Part shown: positions 1 through 11,700 of the stretch, piece by piece
Numbering within the stretch: the stretch's first letter is position 1
Layout of the letters: each line of letters starts with the position of its first letter
Assembly (NCBI GenBank): GCA_040900375.1
Contig: JBBDZC010000018.1
Coordinates: 567 to 64,566, forward strand
DNA: 64,000 bases
Reading direction: 5' to 3'
Source: Candidatus Anderseniibacteriota bacterium
GTDB taxonomy: Bacteria > Patescibacteriota > Andersenbacteria > UBA10190
Notes under the pieces: model-generated
Database searches by the model: none
Seen by the model: only the letters and a program-made list of their open reading frames with translations
Told to the model about the DNA's origin: nothing
Position numbers and translations under genes: made by a program

Positions 1-2155
1 GCTTGAAGTTCGGATGCTGCTCTTTAAAGTACACTTGAAAGTCCTGACCTGGTTCTTTGTTGTAGTCATCAATGAAGATAGTATTAGCCCGCAACACCGC
101 CGGGAAAGTAGTAATCGTGGGATTGAAAGGATGTCCATTAAAGTTAGCGTCAATTGCAATGTAGGGACGGCTACTATTTGATGGCGCGGCAAAAGTGGTT
201 CGTCGTAAAATCATGTGTTGAGCGACAACCTGCACTGACGGAGTGCTCGGCGGGGCAATGAAGACATTGGTAGAATTACGGAGATTAGAATCTTCTACTA
301 CTAACGACGCATTGAACTCCGCAATACCAACCTTAGTGTTTTGAATATCCGCGTGTCGTACAATCGAAGGCCTCGCTGACGTGGCCATCTCAAGACCGGT
401 ACCCGATTCACGAACAATGAAACCATCTATCAAAGCTTGCGTATCATAAATGCGAGCTACTGAATTGTTAACCCGCCAGGCCCGTAGCTCTTGTATGGCA
501 TGAGGACCGGTGTCGGTGATGGTAATGCCCGTCTGAATTCGCCCATAGAGTTCATTGCCTTTAAACTCCACAAAGGGCGTCCCATCTGTCCAGAAGGATA
601 CTTGAGTAGTCTCAGTGGGGTTAGCCATGTTCGCCCCACGGATTTTTGGGTAGGTAAAATTGGGCCAGGTCAAACTTGCTTTTCCCCAGGCTGCGTAGCC
701 ATGAGCCGTAAATCGCTTCTGCGGATCAAGGCGCGCTCCGCTCGCGGCCACGTTATCACGAAATGTATTATTTGTTCCAGCCATCCAAAAAGGATCACCA
801 TCAATGCCATCAAGACCATTCACCCGCGTTTTCTCTCCACCACTAAAATTTAGGGAGAAATTATGGATGAATTCATTATAAGATTCTCGCCCATCCTCTG
901 CTGCAATCCCCGCTCCTTCTCCATCGTGGACCACGTTATCTTGAATGAGAATGTAGTGGGTATTATGTACCGTCATATTCCATTTGGTCGCACCATCAAT
1001 GGCATTACCAATTACTTTCCCTTGATATCCAGTGTTACTGGAATTACGGGGACCCCATAGATGATGCATGTGAAAGGCGTAGCGGCCAATTTGGTTGGTG
1101 CCCACTTTTGTAAGCTGCCCTTGTGCATCAAACGTGGCGTTATCTAAGGCAAAAGCTCGCGTGCGGCCTAAGTCTTTAAACTGGACGTACCGTACATCAA
1201 GATTCGCCCGGTGGAGATATATTGTATGACCGCGAACTCCGGCGGGGTTGGCGGAGCGCAGTATAATATTGCGTGTCACGTTGCCCAGATGAGGACAAAG
1301 CTTTTCGCCATTAACCAGAGTAGTGATAGTAGTGCCATCACCATCTCGCGCACAGAGATGATCATACTTTAAGGGAGAAGTCATGGTGAGCTGCGTTCCG
1401 TTAATAGCCGTGATAATAAAACGCTCATCTTGATCCATCCCTCCATCGCTTTGGCCAACCGTGCGCGTATCCGGCAGCACTACCTCGTCCCCTACCCGCC
1501 ACCCAGTTGGGGCTTGGTGCAAAGTAAAGGTGGTTTGGCCCGCTTTAGGTTCCTGTCCCAGACGAACAAAAGTGGGATTCTTTACCGCCCCGTGCATAGT
1601 AACATTCCCGAAAGCAATCAGCCCGTTACCATACTGCTTAGGGTCAATGCCAGGATTTCCTACCACTCCTGTCTTAAGAGGCGCGTCAGGAAAAACAATC
1701 TCTGCCTTTACCGCAGCGGGTATCGGGTTTTGCGCCGTACCAATAGTAAGCGTGCCCGGCGCAGGCATTATCATTAAGTCAGCGACAGTAAGGCGAGTGT
1801 TTTTTGTAGTGGAGAAAGCTAGTGTTCCATTAACCTCGATACAATCAAGGGCTGCCTCGCTCTCGACATCATAGGTTACGCTTGTGCCAGCGCCGATTCC
1901 TACTTTATCCCCCGTTGTCGGCAGGCGGTTGAGTGACCACGTAGTGGGGTCAGACCAGGCGCCATTCTTGACGCTACTAATTGTCGGGCTGGCACAAAAG
2001 CGAGGAATAGTATCAGAGGGTGCTTTTACGTGCGTGGCAGTCACTTCAAGCTCTCCTGGGGTAGTTTGGGCAAAGGTGATGAGAGGGAGAAAGAAGAGCA
2101 CAGCAATAACTGTAAGGATTCGTACATTATCACGTGGTGGGGGAAGAAAAGTCAT
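1..2155 (-). CDS. Secreted G8-domain + parallel beta-helix protein (CEMIP/TMEM2/PKHD1-like architecture), 3' end truncated by window edge
   Basis: Manually translated: ATG at 2155, frame open to the window edge (>=718 codons). N-terminal hydrophobic signal (MTFLPPPRDNVRILTVIAVLFFLPLITFAQ), G8 start 'SVKNGAWSDPTTW...P..GDKV', 'GWRVGDEVVLPDT', 'HLGNVTRNIILRS', 'GRYAFHMH', 'EDGRESYN'. Absent from the ORF track, probably because no stop codon lies in the window. Confidence 0.85.
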   Translation of the reverse strand, partial: MTFLPPPRDNVRILTVIAVLFFLPLITFAQTTPGELEVTATHVKAPSDTIPRFCASPTISSVKNGAWSDPTTWSLNRLPTTGDKVGIGAGTSVTYDVESEAALDCIEVNGTLAFSTTKNTRLTVADLMIMPAPGTLTIGTAQNPIPAAVKAEIVFPDAPLKTGVVGNPGIDPKQYGNGLIAFGNVTMHGAVKNPTFVRLGQEPKAGQTTFTLHQAPTGWRVGDEVVLPDTRTVGQSDGGMDQDERFIITAINGTQLTMTSPLKYDHLCARDGDGTTITTLVNGEKLCPHLGNVTRNIILRSANPAGVRGHTIYLHRANLDVRYVQFKDLGRTRAFALDNATFDAQGQLTKVGTNQIGRYAFHMHHLWGPRNSSNTGYQGKVIGNAIDGATKWNMTVHNTHYILIQDNVVHDGEGAGIAAEDGRESYNEFIHNFSLNFSGGEKTRVNGLDGIDGDPFWMAGTNNTFRDNVAASGARLDPQKRFTAHGYAAWGKASLTWPNFTYPKIRGANMANPTETTQVSFWTDGTPFVEFKGNELYGRIQTGITITDTGPHAIQELRAWRVNNSVARIYDTQALIDGFIVRESGTGLEMATSARPSIVRHADIQNTKVGIAEFNASLVVEDSNLRNSTNVFIAPPSTPSVQVVAQHMILRRTTFAAPSNSSRPYIAIDANFNGHPFNPTITTFPAVLRANTIFIDDYNKEPGQDFQVYFKEQHPNFK

Positions 2156-2167
2156 ATGAACAATAAT

Positions 2168-2578
2168 TTAGAACGTATGGCCCCCGCTGTGGCTTACTGG
2201 TTGTGGAGAAACGAGTATCTCTTCCTCTGGCATCAGTAGCTCCGGCGCCGCGACGGCTGTCTGTAAACATGCTTGATAGGCCGCTTCCGCTCCAATAGTG
2301 CGACACTCATAATCATGCTCGGCGGGAAATTCACCACAGTGAATAATATGCCCCTGCTTAACTTGCTCACAGTGAGCCTCGGATGCGAGTGTTGATGCGT
2401 CTTCACTTGGTGCTGTCGCTACTTCAGATGGTACTACCTCTTCTTCAATAATATTTGGCTGCTCTAGTAGATTATACAGACGAGCCTGTAAAAGCCCGCC
2501 TTGGTAGAAAGAAAGCACCACAAAGAGAAGGGCGATTACGGCAACAAACGTTAGGACAACTACGGTGCGCTGGGCCAT
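2168..2578 (-). CDS. Small membrane-anchored/secreted hypothetical protein with four Cys
   Basis: 136-aa ORF, N-terminal TM helix, acidic linker, Cys4 segment; ends 12 bp upstream of the G8 gene on the same strand. Confidence 0.7.
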   Translation of the reverse strand: MAQRTVVVLTFVAVIALLFVVLSFYQGGLLQARLYNLLEQPNIIEEEVVPSEVATAPSEDASTLASEAHCEQVKQGHIIHCGEFPAEHDYECRTIGAEAAYQACLQTAVAAPELLMPEEEILVSPQPVSHSGGHTF

Positions 2579-2701
2579 ATCAAGAAGGATGTGAACAGTT
2601 CTAGCACTACCAGTGTAGCATAAATTTTTTTATTAAACCATGATTTATTTCTCTGTTTTTCCCCTATTCTATAATCAATCTATTTTGGCTACACTTACTC
2701 C

Positions 2702-5700
2702 ATGCATCCGGTGTGGAGCTATCCTTTTAGGCATGCGCGGCTGGGGCGATTTCTCGTCAGTAGTTTGCTCGCTTTTTTATTGTCCTTCTCTCCGATCTTT
2801 CCGCTCATTACCTGGTATGGCATTGCCACGACCCTCTCGGTGATTGCGGCTACCTTAGCCCCCACACCCTCTCTCCTCGACGATGCTCGGGATAAACCAA
2901 CTCCACCATCATCTCTGCCCGTATCCCCTACTCCCTCACCGACGGTCGCCGAGCCACTCACGACGACGGTTGAACACATTTTAACTGAAGTGAGCGAAGC
3001 AGTGCCCGCTATCTCACTGGGAGATGAGACTAACGCTCCGGTGCACAGCCAGGTGGTGCTCCCGGAACTACGACAACAAGCCGAGCTGATACACTTACCC
3101 GTAACGGTTGTATCTGCCGCCGAGCTCCTCGTGCTCCCGGAACCCGATGTGCCCGCCACGGCCGATCTTACCTTTGCGCTCAAGGTCGAGTTGCCTCGTG
3201 AGTTAGTGCGTAGGCAAGGAGCGACAGCAGGAGCGGCCCCAGCGATTGAGGCGGCCGCAGAAGCGGTGCTCGAGACACCACCGCTTGAAGAACTACCGAC
3301 AGGTAGTGTGCCCCCGAGTGTGGCAGAAATTCTGACACCCAGCCCGAGTCCTTCTCCCTTCGACGATGTTCGGGGTAAACCAAGCCCGACACCCATCTCT
3401 TCTTTCACACCCTTGAGTGAACTTGATGGCGAAGCGAATGAATCTTTTCCGGCCGAGCCTTCGCCAGCGCCCTTTGATACTCCTCCTGTACCTTCCCCTT
3501 CACCGCTGGTTCGCCTCTGGCAGTTCTTGACGGCACATACCCCGACAGTCTCGGCGGCGCTCTTCCCTCCCGAGGAGGCGCCGGCAACTGCCGTAGCCGT
3601 CACGGTGACTGATCCGCTGGGCGAGCCGGTCACTATTATCCCTGTGATCACCGAGGAGGCTGGCCAGGCACTCGTACGCATCCCGCAGGCTCCCACTCAG
3701 TTTCGCCCAGGAAAATATCACCTGATGGTGAGCGTGGTTGAAGGCGACCATGTACTCCAAGCCGAGCAAGACTTCACCTGGGGTGTCCTGGCCTTAAATC
3801 TCAACCAATCAACGTATGAGCCGGGCGAGACCGCCAGTATTGGTATGGCAGTGTTAGATGATGCAGGGCATACACTCTGCGATGCCGATCTTACCTTGGT
3901 CATTACGGCGCCCTCGGGTGCAGTCACGACGCTTTCTACCGCCGAGCAGTCTATCACTACTTCCCCCACCTGCGTTGATCAAAGCGTGACCGATCTGCCC
4001 GATTATGCTACCAGCTACACACCGCAAGAGTTGGGCACCTACGCGCTCAAACTCACGGCGGTAACGGCCAACGGCACCCGGGAGATGCAGCAGTTCTTTA
4101 CAGTTGAGAGTGAGGCTCCCTACATAGTCAGCCGCCAGGGTAGCATGCGTATCTTTCCTTTAGCTGCCTATACTATGAAGGTCACTGTCACGGCCGCGCA
4201 AGACTTCCGGGGCAAGCTCACCGAAACTGTCCCCGGGAGCTTTGCTTTATCGGCGGCCACACTAACTAGGTCCGGGACTACCGAGCGCGGTAATTGGTCA
4301 CTCGACATTCATCCCGATGAGACAACTAAACGCCTTGTCTGGGACAATGTGGAGCTCTCGGCTGGGCAATCGGCGACACTTTCCTACACCTACGACGCGC
4401 CGGATATCAGTCCCGAGTTTTATTTATTAGGACCGCTCGAAGTAATCAGCAGCTCCGGCACCGATAACGACACGCCAGTCTGGCTCGAGCCGCGAGCCTG
4501 GCAGATAGCCGCCGACATCATCACCAATGGGGCTAATGCGATCGATGCGTTAGGGCAGTATGACGATAATCTTACGACACCAGGGCCGATTTACACCAAA
4601 GGGACAGGTCAAGACGCCCCCAATCGGTTGGGGTTGAATGCTCCTTGGTCTGACCCAGCGCTTGATAGTGTGAACAATCGTCTCTTTGTTCCAGACTCCA
4701 GTAACAACCGTGTCTTAGTCTACAACCTCAATGCGGATGATACGCTCATTGACCGCATTCCGGATAATGTCTTAGGCCAAGCTAATTTTTATACCAATGC
4801 ATCCGCCACGACGCAGGCGGGATTGAGCTTTCCTACCGGGCTGGCCTATGACAGTACCAACCAGCGCCTGTTTGTGGTAGATAGTGATAACAGCCGCGTG
4901 CTGGTGTTCGATGTGACGGCGATTACCGACGGCGAGAATGCGGTGAATGTATTGGGCCAAGCGAATTTTACTTCAAGCGGGCCAGCCACGACGCAGGCAG
5001 GGTTGAACTTCCCCCACAAAGCTGCATATGACAGTACTAATAGCCGGTTATTTGTGGCCGATAGTGGTAACAGCCGCGTGCTCGTGTTCGACGTCACCGC
5101 GATTACGAATGGTGAAAATGCGGTGAATATACTAGGGAAAACTAGTTTTACCTCGAGTCTCCCTGCAACCACGCAGTCGGGGATGAGCGATCCTATAGGG
5201 GTAGCGTATGACAGTACTAATAGTCGGTTGTTCGTGGCTGAAGAAGGCAACCACCGCGTTACGGTGTTCGATGTGACGGCGATTACTGATGGCGAGAATG
5301 CGGTGAATGTATTGGGCCAAGCGAATTTCACGTCGGCGGGCTCTGCCACCACCCAATCCGGGATGACCAGCCCCCGCGGGGTAGCCTACGACAGTACTAA
5401 TAGTCGGCTGTTTGTGCCTGAAAGGGGCAACCACCGCGTTACGGTGTTCGATGTGACGGCGATTACCGATGGCGAGAATGCGGTAAACGTACTGGGGCAA
5501 GCGAATTTCACCTCAAGTTCAAGCGCCACGACGCAGGCGGGGATGAGCAGTCCCCGCGGGGCAGCATACGACGCCACCAACAACCTGTTGTTTGTGACTG
5601 CTAGCGGTAACCACCGCATCACCGTCTATGACGTCACCGCGATTACCGATGGCGAGAATGCGGTAGACGCGTTAGGGCAGTATGATAATAGCTTAAGTGC

Positions 5701-8700
5701 CCCTGCTCCCATCTATACCAAAGGCAGCGCTCACAATGCGCCCAACAGATTAGGCATGAGTGTTACTCAAGGTGGGGTTATCTTCGATAGTACCAACGAT
5801 CGCCTCTTTGTCTCGGATTCTGGCAACGATCGTGTCTTGGTCTATAACCTTAATGCGAACGACACGCTCATTGACCGCATTCCCGATAACGTGTTGGGTC
5901 AAGCAAATTTCTATACGAATACTGGGGCCACGACGCAGGCAGGCCTCAATACCCCTCTTGGCCTAGCCTATGATAGTACCAACCAACGGCTATTCGTGAC
6001 TGATGCGAGTAATAACCGGGTGGTAATCTATGATGTCACCGCTATTACCGATGGCGAGAATGCCGTCAATGTGTTGGGGCAAGCAAACTTTACCACGGCG
6101 ACGGCCGCCACCACGCAAGCGGGAATGAGTAGCCCCCGCGGGGTAGCGTACGATAGCGCCAACCAACGATTATTCGTAGGCGATAGCACCAATAATCGTG
6201 TAGTGGTATTCGACGTCACCGCGATTACCGATGGCGAGAATGCGGTGAATGTATTGGGCCAAGCGAATTTTACTTCAAGCGGGGCAGCCACGACGCAAGC
6301 CGGAATGAACAATCCCCAGGGGTTGGCCTACGATAGTACTAACAGCCGGTTGTTTGTAGCTGACAGTAGTAACAACCGTGTCACGACGTTTGACGTCACC
6401 GCGATTACCGATGGCGAGAATGCGGCAAACGTGCTGGGGCAAACAAGCTTTACCGTAAGTACTGCCGCCACCACCCAGGCCGGGATGAGCACCCCCAGCG
6501 CGGCGGCTTACGATAGCACCAACAGCCGGTTATTTGTCAGCGCGACCGGCAATGACCGCGTGACGACGTATAATGTCGCGAGTATCACTAATGGCGAGAG
6601 TGCCGTGAATGTATTAGGTCAAGCTAATTTTACCTCAAGTGGAGAAGCCACTACTCAAGCGGGAATGGCTGATCCCCATGGGTTAGCCTACGACAGCACC
6701 AACAGCCGGTTATATGTAAATGATACTAATAACGATCGGATCATCGTTCATGATGCCGCTGATCCCACGATCACGTGGGACGGCGGGGGTACTGATGGCA
6801 CCTGTGGCGGTGGCGCCGGGGATGGCAATAAGTGGTCGTGTGCGGCGAACTGGAGCGGGGATGTTGTTCCCACTAGTGCTCATATCGCCACCTTCGATGG
6901 CACATCTACTAAAAACGCGACAATTGATGCCAACATTGACGTCTATGGTATTGACATTAATACGGGCTACACCGGGACCATTACCCAGGCCACGGGGGTA
7001 ACCGTCACGGTTGGTAGCGGAGGCTACGACCAAGCGGCGGGTACCTTTACGGGCAGTAATAGCGCCATTGACATCAATGGTGCCTGGGCGCTCTCGGGGG
7101 GGGCGTTTACAAGCACCAGCGGGGCACTCTCCGTCAGCGATGCTTTCACGATCTCGGGCGGGACGTTCACCCATAACTCGGGCACGGTGCAGTTCGATAC
7201 TACCGCCGCCACGATTACGCCTTCCACCGCGAGCTTCAACAATGTCTCGTTTACCAGCGCCGTAACAAAGACTATTGCTGCCAGCAACACTATAACGATA
7301 GTGGGCACGCTCACCCTCACCGACGGCAGCGTGAGCCAAACGACCATTCCGGCCACGGGCTCTATTGCCGCCCAGGGCGACATTACGCAAGCTTCCACGT
7401 TTGATGGTGGTACGGGCCGGCTGGAGATTACGGGGACGGCTACCCAGACTTTTACCGGCAATGCCACCACCACGGCGGGGAACCTACCTGACACCGAAAT
7501 TGACAAGAGCGGCGGCACCCTCACGCTCACCGGCACGATCCGGACTATTGGCCAGGGAGCCGGCGCCTGGACGTACACGACCGGAACACTTGATGCCGGC
7601 ACAAGCACGGTGGTAATGAATGGCGCAATGACTATCACGGGTTCGCATACGTTGAATAACGTCTCACTGCTGACGTCGGGAACGAGAACAATCGCCAACA
7701 ACAATACCCTCACCGTCACCGGCACCCTTACGCTCACCGATGGCTCGATCAATCAAACAACCATCCCGGCCACCGGCTCCATCGCTGCTCAAGGAAATAT
7801 CACGCAGGCGTCAACTTTTGATGGTGGTACGGGCCGGTTAGAGATTACGGGGAGTGCAGCGCAAACCTTCACGGGGAATGCCACGACCTCGGCCGGAAAT
7901 CTGCCAGACTTGGAGATTGACAAGAGCGCTGAAACGCTCACGCTCACCGGCACCATTCGTACGACTGGCCAGGGAGCTGATGCCTGGACGTACACCACCG
8001 GAACATTGGCTGCTGGCACCAGTACGGTGGTGATGGATGGAGCGATGACCATCACGGGTTCGCATACGTTGAATAACGTTTCACTGCTGACGTCGGGAAC
8101 CCGTACTGTTGCCTCTGGCACCACGCTCACAATCGTAGGCACTCTCACACTCACCGATGGGCAAATCAACACCGGCACCGTTGCCGCCCAGGGCAATATT
8201 ACGCAAGGCTCTGCGTTTGATGGTGGTACGGGCCGGCTGGAGATTACGGGGACGGCTACCCAGACCTTTACCGGCAATGCCACCACCACGGCGGGTAGTC
8301 TATCTCGCGTAGAGATTAACAAAAGCGGCGGAACACTGACACTCGCTGGCACGATTCGCACTAGTGGCCAAGGACCAGATGCCTGGACATACACAGCAGG
8401 GACTGTCGCCCCCGGCACGAGCACGGTAGTCTTTGACGGTGGAACAACCGTCACCGGCACGCAGACGTTCAACAACCTGGTAGTCCAAGGTTTCATGACG
8501 GTTGCCGACGGTAACACGCTGACGGTGACAGGTACCCTCACGCTCACCAGTGGGACCATTGTTCAAACGACAATTCCGGCCACGGGCTCTATTGCCGCCC
8601 AGGGCGACATTACGCAAGCTTCCACGTTTGGTGGTGGTACGGGCCGGCTGGAGATTACGGGAAGTGCGAATCAGACCTTTACCGGCAGTGCCGCCGACTC

Positions 8701-11700
8701 GACAGGGCTCCTCCCTAACCTCGAAATTGACAAGAGCGGCGGCACCCTCACGTTCACCGGCACGATCCGGACCGCTGTGGATTGGACATACACCGCTGGC
8801 ACACTCGACGCGACGACGAACGATTCGACGGTTATCTTTGGCGGGGCTTCGACGATCAACATCACTGGCTCGCACACGCTCGACAATGTGACTTTCGGCG
8901 ACAATTTCCAAGTGATCGTCAATATCGCTGATAACACGACGCTCACCATCGCCGGCACCCTCGCGCACACGAAGGCCCAAATCAATCAAACGACTGTCCC
9001 CGCCGCCGGGTCTCTTGCTGCGCAAGGCGATGTGACGGTTGGATCGGCTGCTCCCGGCGGGACTGCCGCCCTTACCTTCTCGGGAGGAAACGCGCAGACT
9101 TACACCGATAACGGCGGCACGAAGACGACAGGGACTGTTACTGTCAATAAGACGGCAGGGTCGGCCGTCACTCTCGCCACGGCCATGTCGTATACCGGCA
9201 CCGGCCAGGATCTCACCATTACCTCCGGCACGCTTGATCTCGCAGGTTTCAACCTCACCATCGCGGATGTCCTCACGGTCAACGGCGGCACCCTTACGGG
9301 GGAAACAGGCGCTGTTGATGTGAATGGCAGTGTCGTTTTGTCTTCCGGCACGCTCACCGCCCCCTCGGGCGCCTTCACTGTTGCCGGCGACTTCACCCAC
9401 AGTAGCGGCACCTTTACCCACAACTCTGGTACCCTCACCCTCGACGGCCCCGACCAAACCCTCGCGGGAGCCACCACCTTTCATAACTTAACCAAGACTG
9501 TCGCGACTGCTCGCACCTTAACCTTCCCGACTGGTTCAGCTAACAAGCAGACCATTGTGGGTACGCTGACCCTCCAAGGGGCATCAGGAGCCTTGCTCTC
9601 GCTGCGCTCGGCTTCCACCGGCACCCAGTGGCAGTTCGACCCTCAAGGCACCCGCACACTGTCCTTCTTAGACGTACAAGACAGCCACAATACCAATAGT
9701 ACGAGTATTGCCACGGCGGGCTTTAATATTACTGATAGTGGTAATAACACGGGCTGGTCGTTTAACCCTGAACCACCCTCTAACTTTGCGGGGACGGCCA
9801 TCTCCGGTACGGCCATCACCTGGACCTGGACGGATAACGCCACGGATGAAACGGGTTTCAAGCTCTTAGACGCGAGCGACACCGTAATTGCCACGATCAA
9901 CACTGCCAATGCGACTTCCTACACGGAAACCGGCCTCGCGGCTGGTACTGACTACAGTCGCAAACTGATTGCGTTCAATGGTGCTGGAGAATCAGCGGCC
10001 ACGAGTACAGTGACCGTCACCACGCTGACTTCACCTCCGACTGCCCCTGAACTGCGCTCACCGAGTAATGAAGCACTCTTAAACACCAATCTCCCCACGT
10101 TCTCCTGGAACAAGAGCACCGACAATGATGATGGGATGGCGACCTACACTCTCACTCTGGGCAGCCTGGTCCTCTCGGGGATTCCGGCGAGTGGCAGCAG
10201 TGCCTCTGACCCAGGGAGTAAAACCCACGTGGCTACCAGCTACACCGCCCAGTACTTTAATGAAAATGATGGCAATCCGGATAATGATTACATTGCCCTG
10301 ACGCTTAAAGACAGTGAGCGGGCGGATATCCCCCTTACTGACGGGGAACACTCGTGGTTCGTGACGGCGCACGATACGGCGGGGAACACCACCACCAGTG
10401 CCAGCCGCAGCTTCACGGTGGATACGCAGGCGCCCACGATTGGCAGTATCAGCTTTAGCCCGCCAGCGTTGTTGAGATCTGGCACCTACCGCTTACAGAG
10501 CGGCTCCCTGGCAGTCACCATCCCCCTCACCGATACCCAGGCCCTCCAGGAAGCCACCGTGACCTTTGCCCAGGCCCGCACGCTCTTTGGTCTCATCACC
10601 AGCTACACCACCCTCCAGAGTTCGACGTATGCCCTATCAGGGACTGCCCGGACGATCATCTTCGCTCCTCGGGAGGCCCTCACCGCGGGAGAGACGTACC
10701 GCATCAACATCACCGTCACTGATACCGCTGGGAACCGCAGGCTCCAGGACCTGACTCTCGTGGTGCTCACCCCCGAAGAGGCAGCCCGCGAGGCCGTTAT
10801 TGAACTCGATGCCGAGACGACGCCCATTGACATTATTATTGAGAAATTACGGGAGGCCTTACCGGATGCGCCCTTGAGTCTGCCGGATTTACAAGCGTCA
10901 GCGCTCCTGCGACGGGATCTGCAGGCCGAGCACTTCACCGCGTTCTGGCAGGGGTTACTAGGTAACCGCCTCATCGCCTGGGTACTCGATCACTTAGGTG
11001 GCTTTCCCCGTGCCCTCTTGGCAACTATTGATATCACCCAGAGCTTATGGGAGCGCTTATTGGCCCTCGCCATCCGGATAGCGGTGGCAGCCGGCACCAT
11101 GATTCGGGATACGAGCCTGGCGCTTGTCCATGGGGTCGTAGCAAGTGTTGATCGCGTCGCGCTCGAAACGACCACTGCCCAACGAATAGTCCGGCTACAG
11201 ACGGCCCGCGGGCTAGCACAGCTCGGCGCTCTCCTCGCCCAGCTGACGCCGACTCTTGGCGAACCGCTGCAGCAGGTGGGAGAAAGTTTAGCGCTGTCGC
11301 CGGATATAGGGATGGAGTATCGGGAGGAGCGCTTAACGACCCAGGCGCAGGTGAGTCGGATTAATACGCAATTACAGGCGGTGGGAAGCTTCTTCCGCGC
11401 CGGGTGGGAGACGGGTAGGGAGACGCGGGTGCGGACGGGACTCAAGAATCGGCAGGAATTGACACAAGGAACAGAACGGTTGCTGGGGCCGGTGGGGAGG
11501 TTGACAAAAACTCTGGCTCTTAAAACCCGAGCGACATACGAACTATGGCTGGATACTACCCCCACACATATTAGTAATGTCCGCGTGACCAAACTCACAC
11601 CGACGAGCGCGACCCTGGAATGGGATACTAACCACCTCGTCCGTTCCACTAAAGTTAACTACGGCACGACCACTAATTATAATCAGGAAGTTATTATCGA

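Noticed and set aside
457-2159. Track ORFs in the first 2.2 kb
   Set aside because: They overlap the continuous minus-strand G8 gene in antisense or alternative frames.
4519-6750. Diversity-generating retroelement target
   Set aside because: No reverse transcriptase or non-coding template repeat in the window; differences between repeats are not visibly confined to adenines.
2719-11649. Long antisense ORFs (e.g. 2719-3696, 8300-9484) inside the giant gene
   Set aside because: Shadows of repetitive Thr/Gly/Ala-rich sense codons; no recognisable domains.
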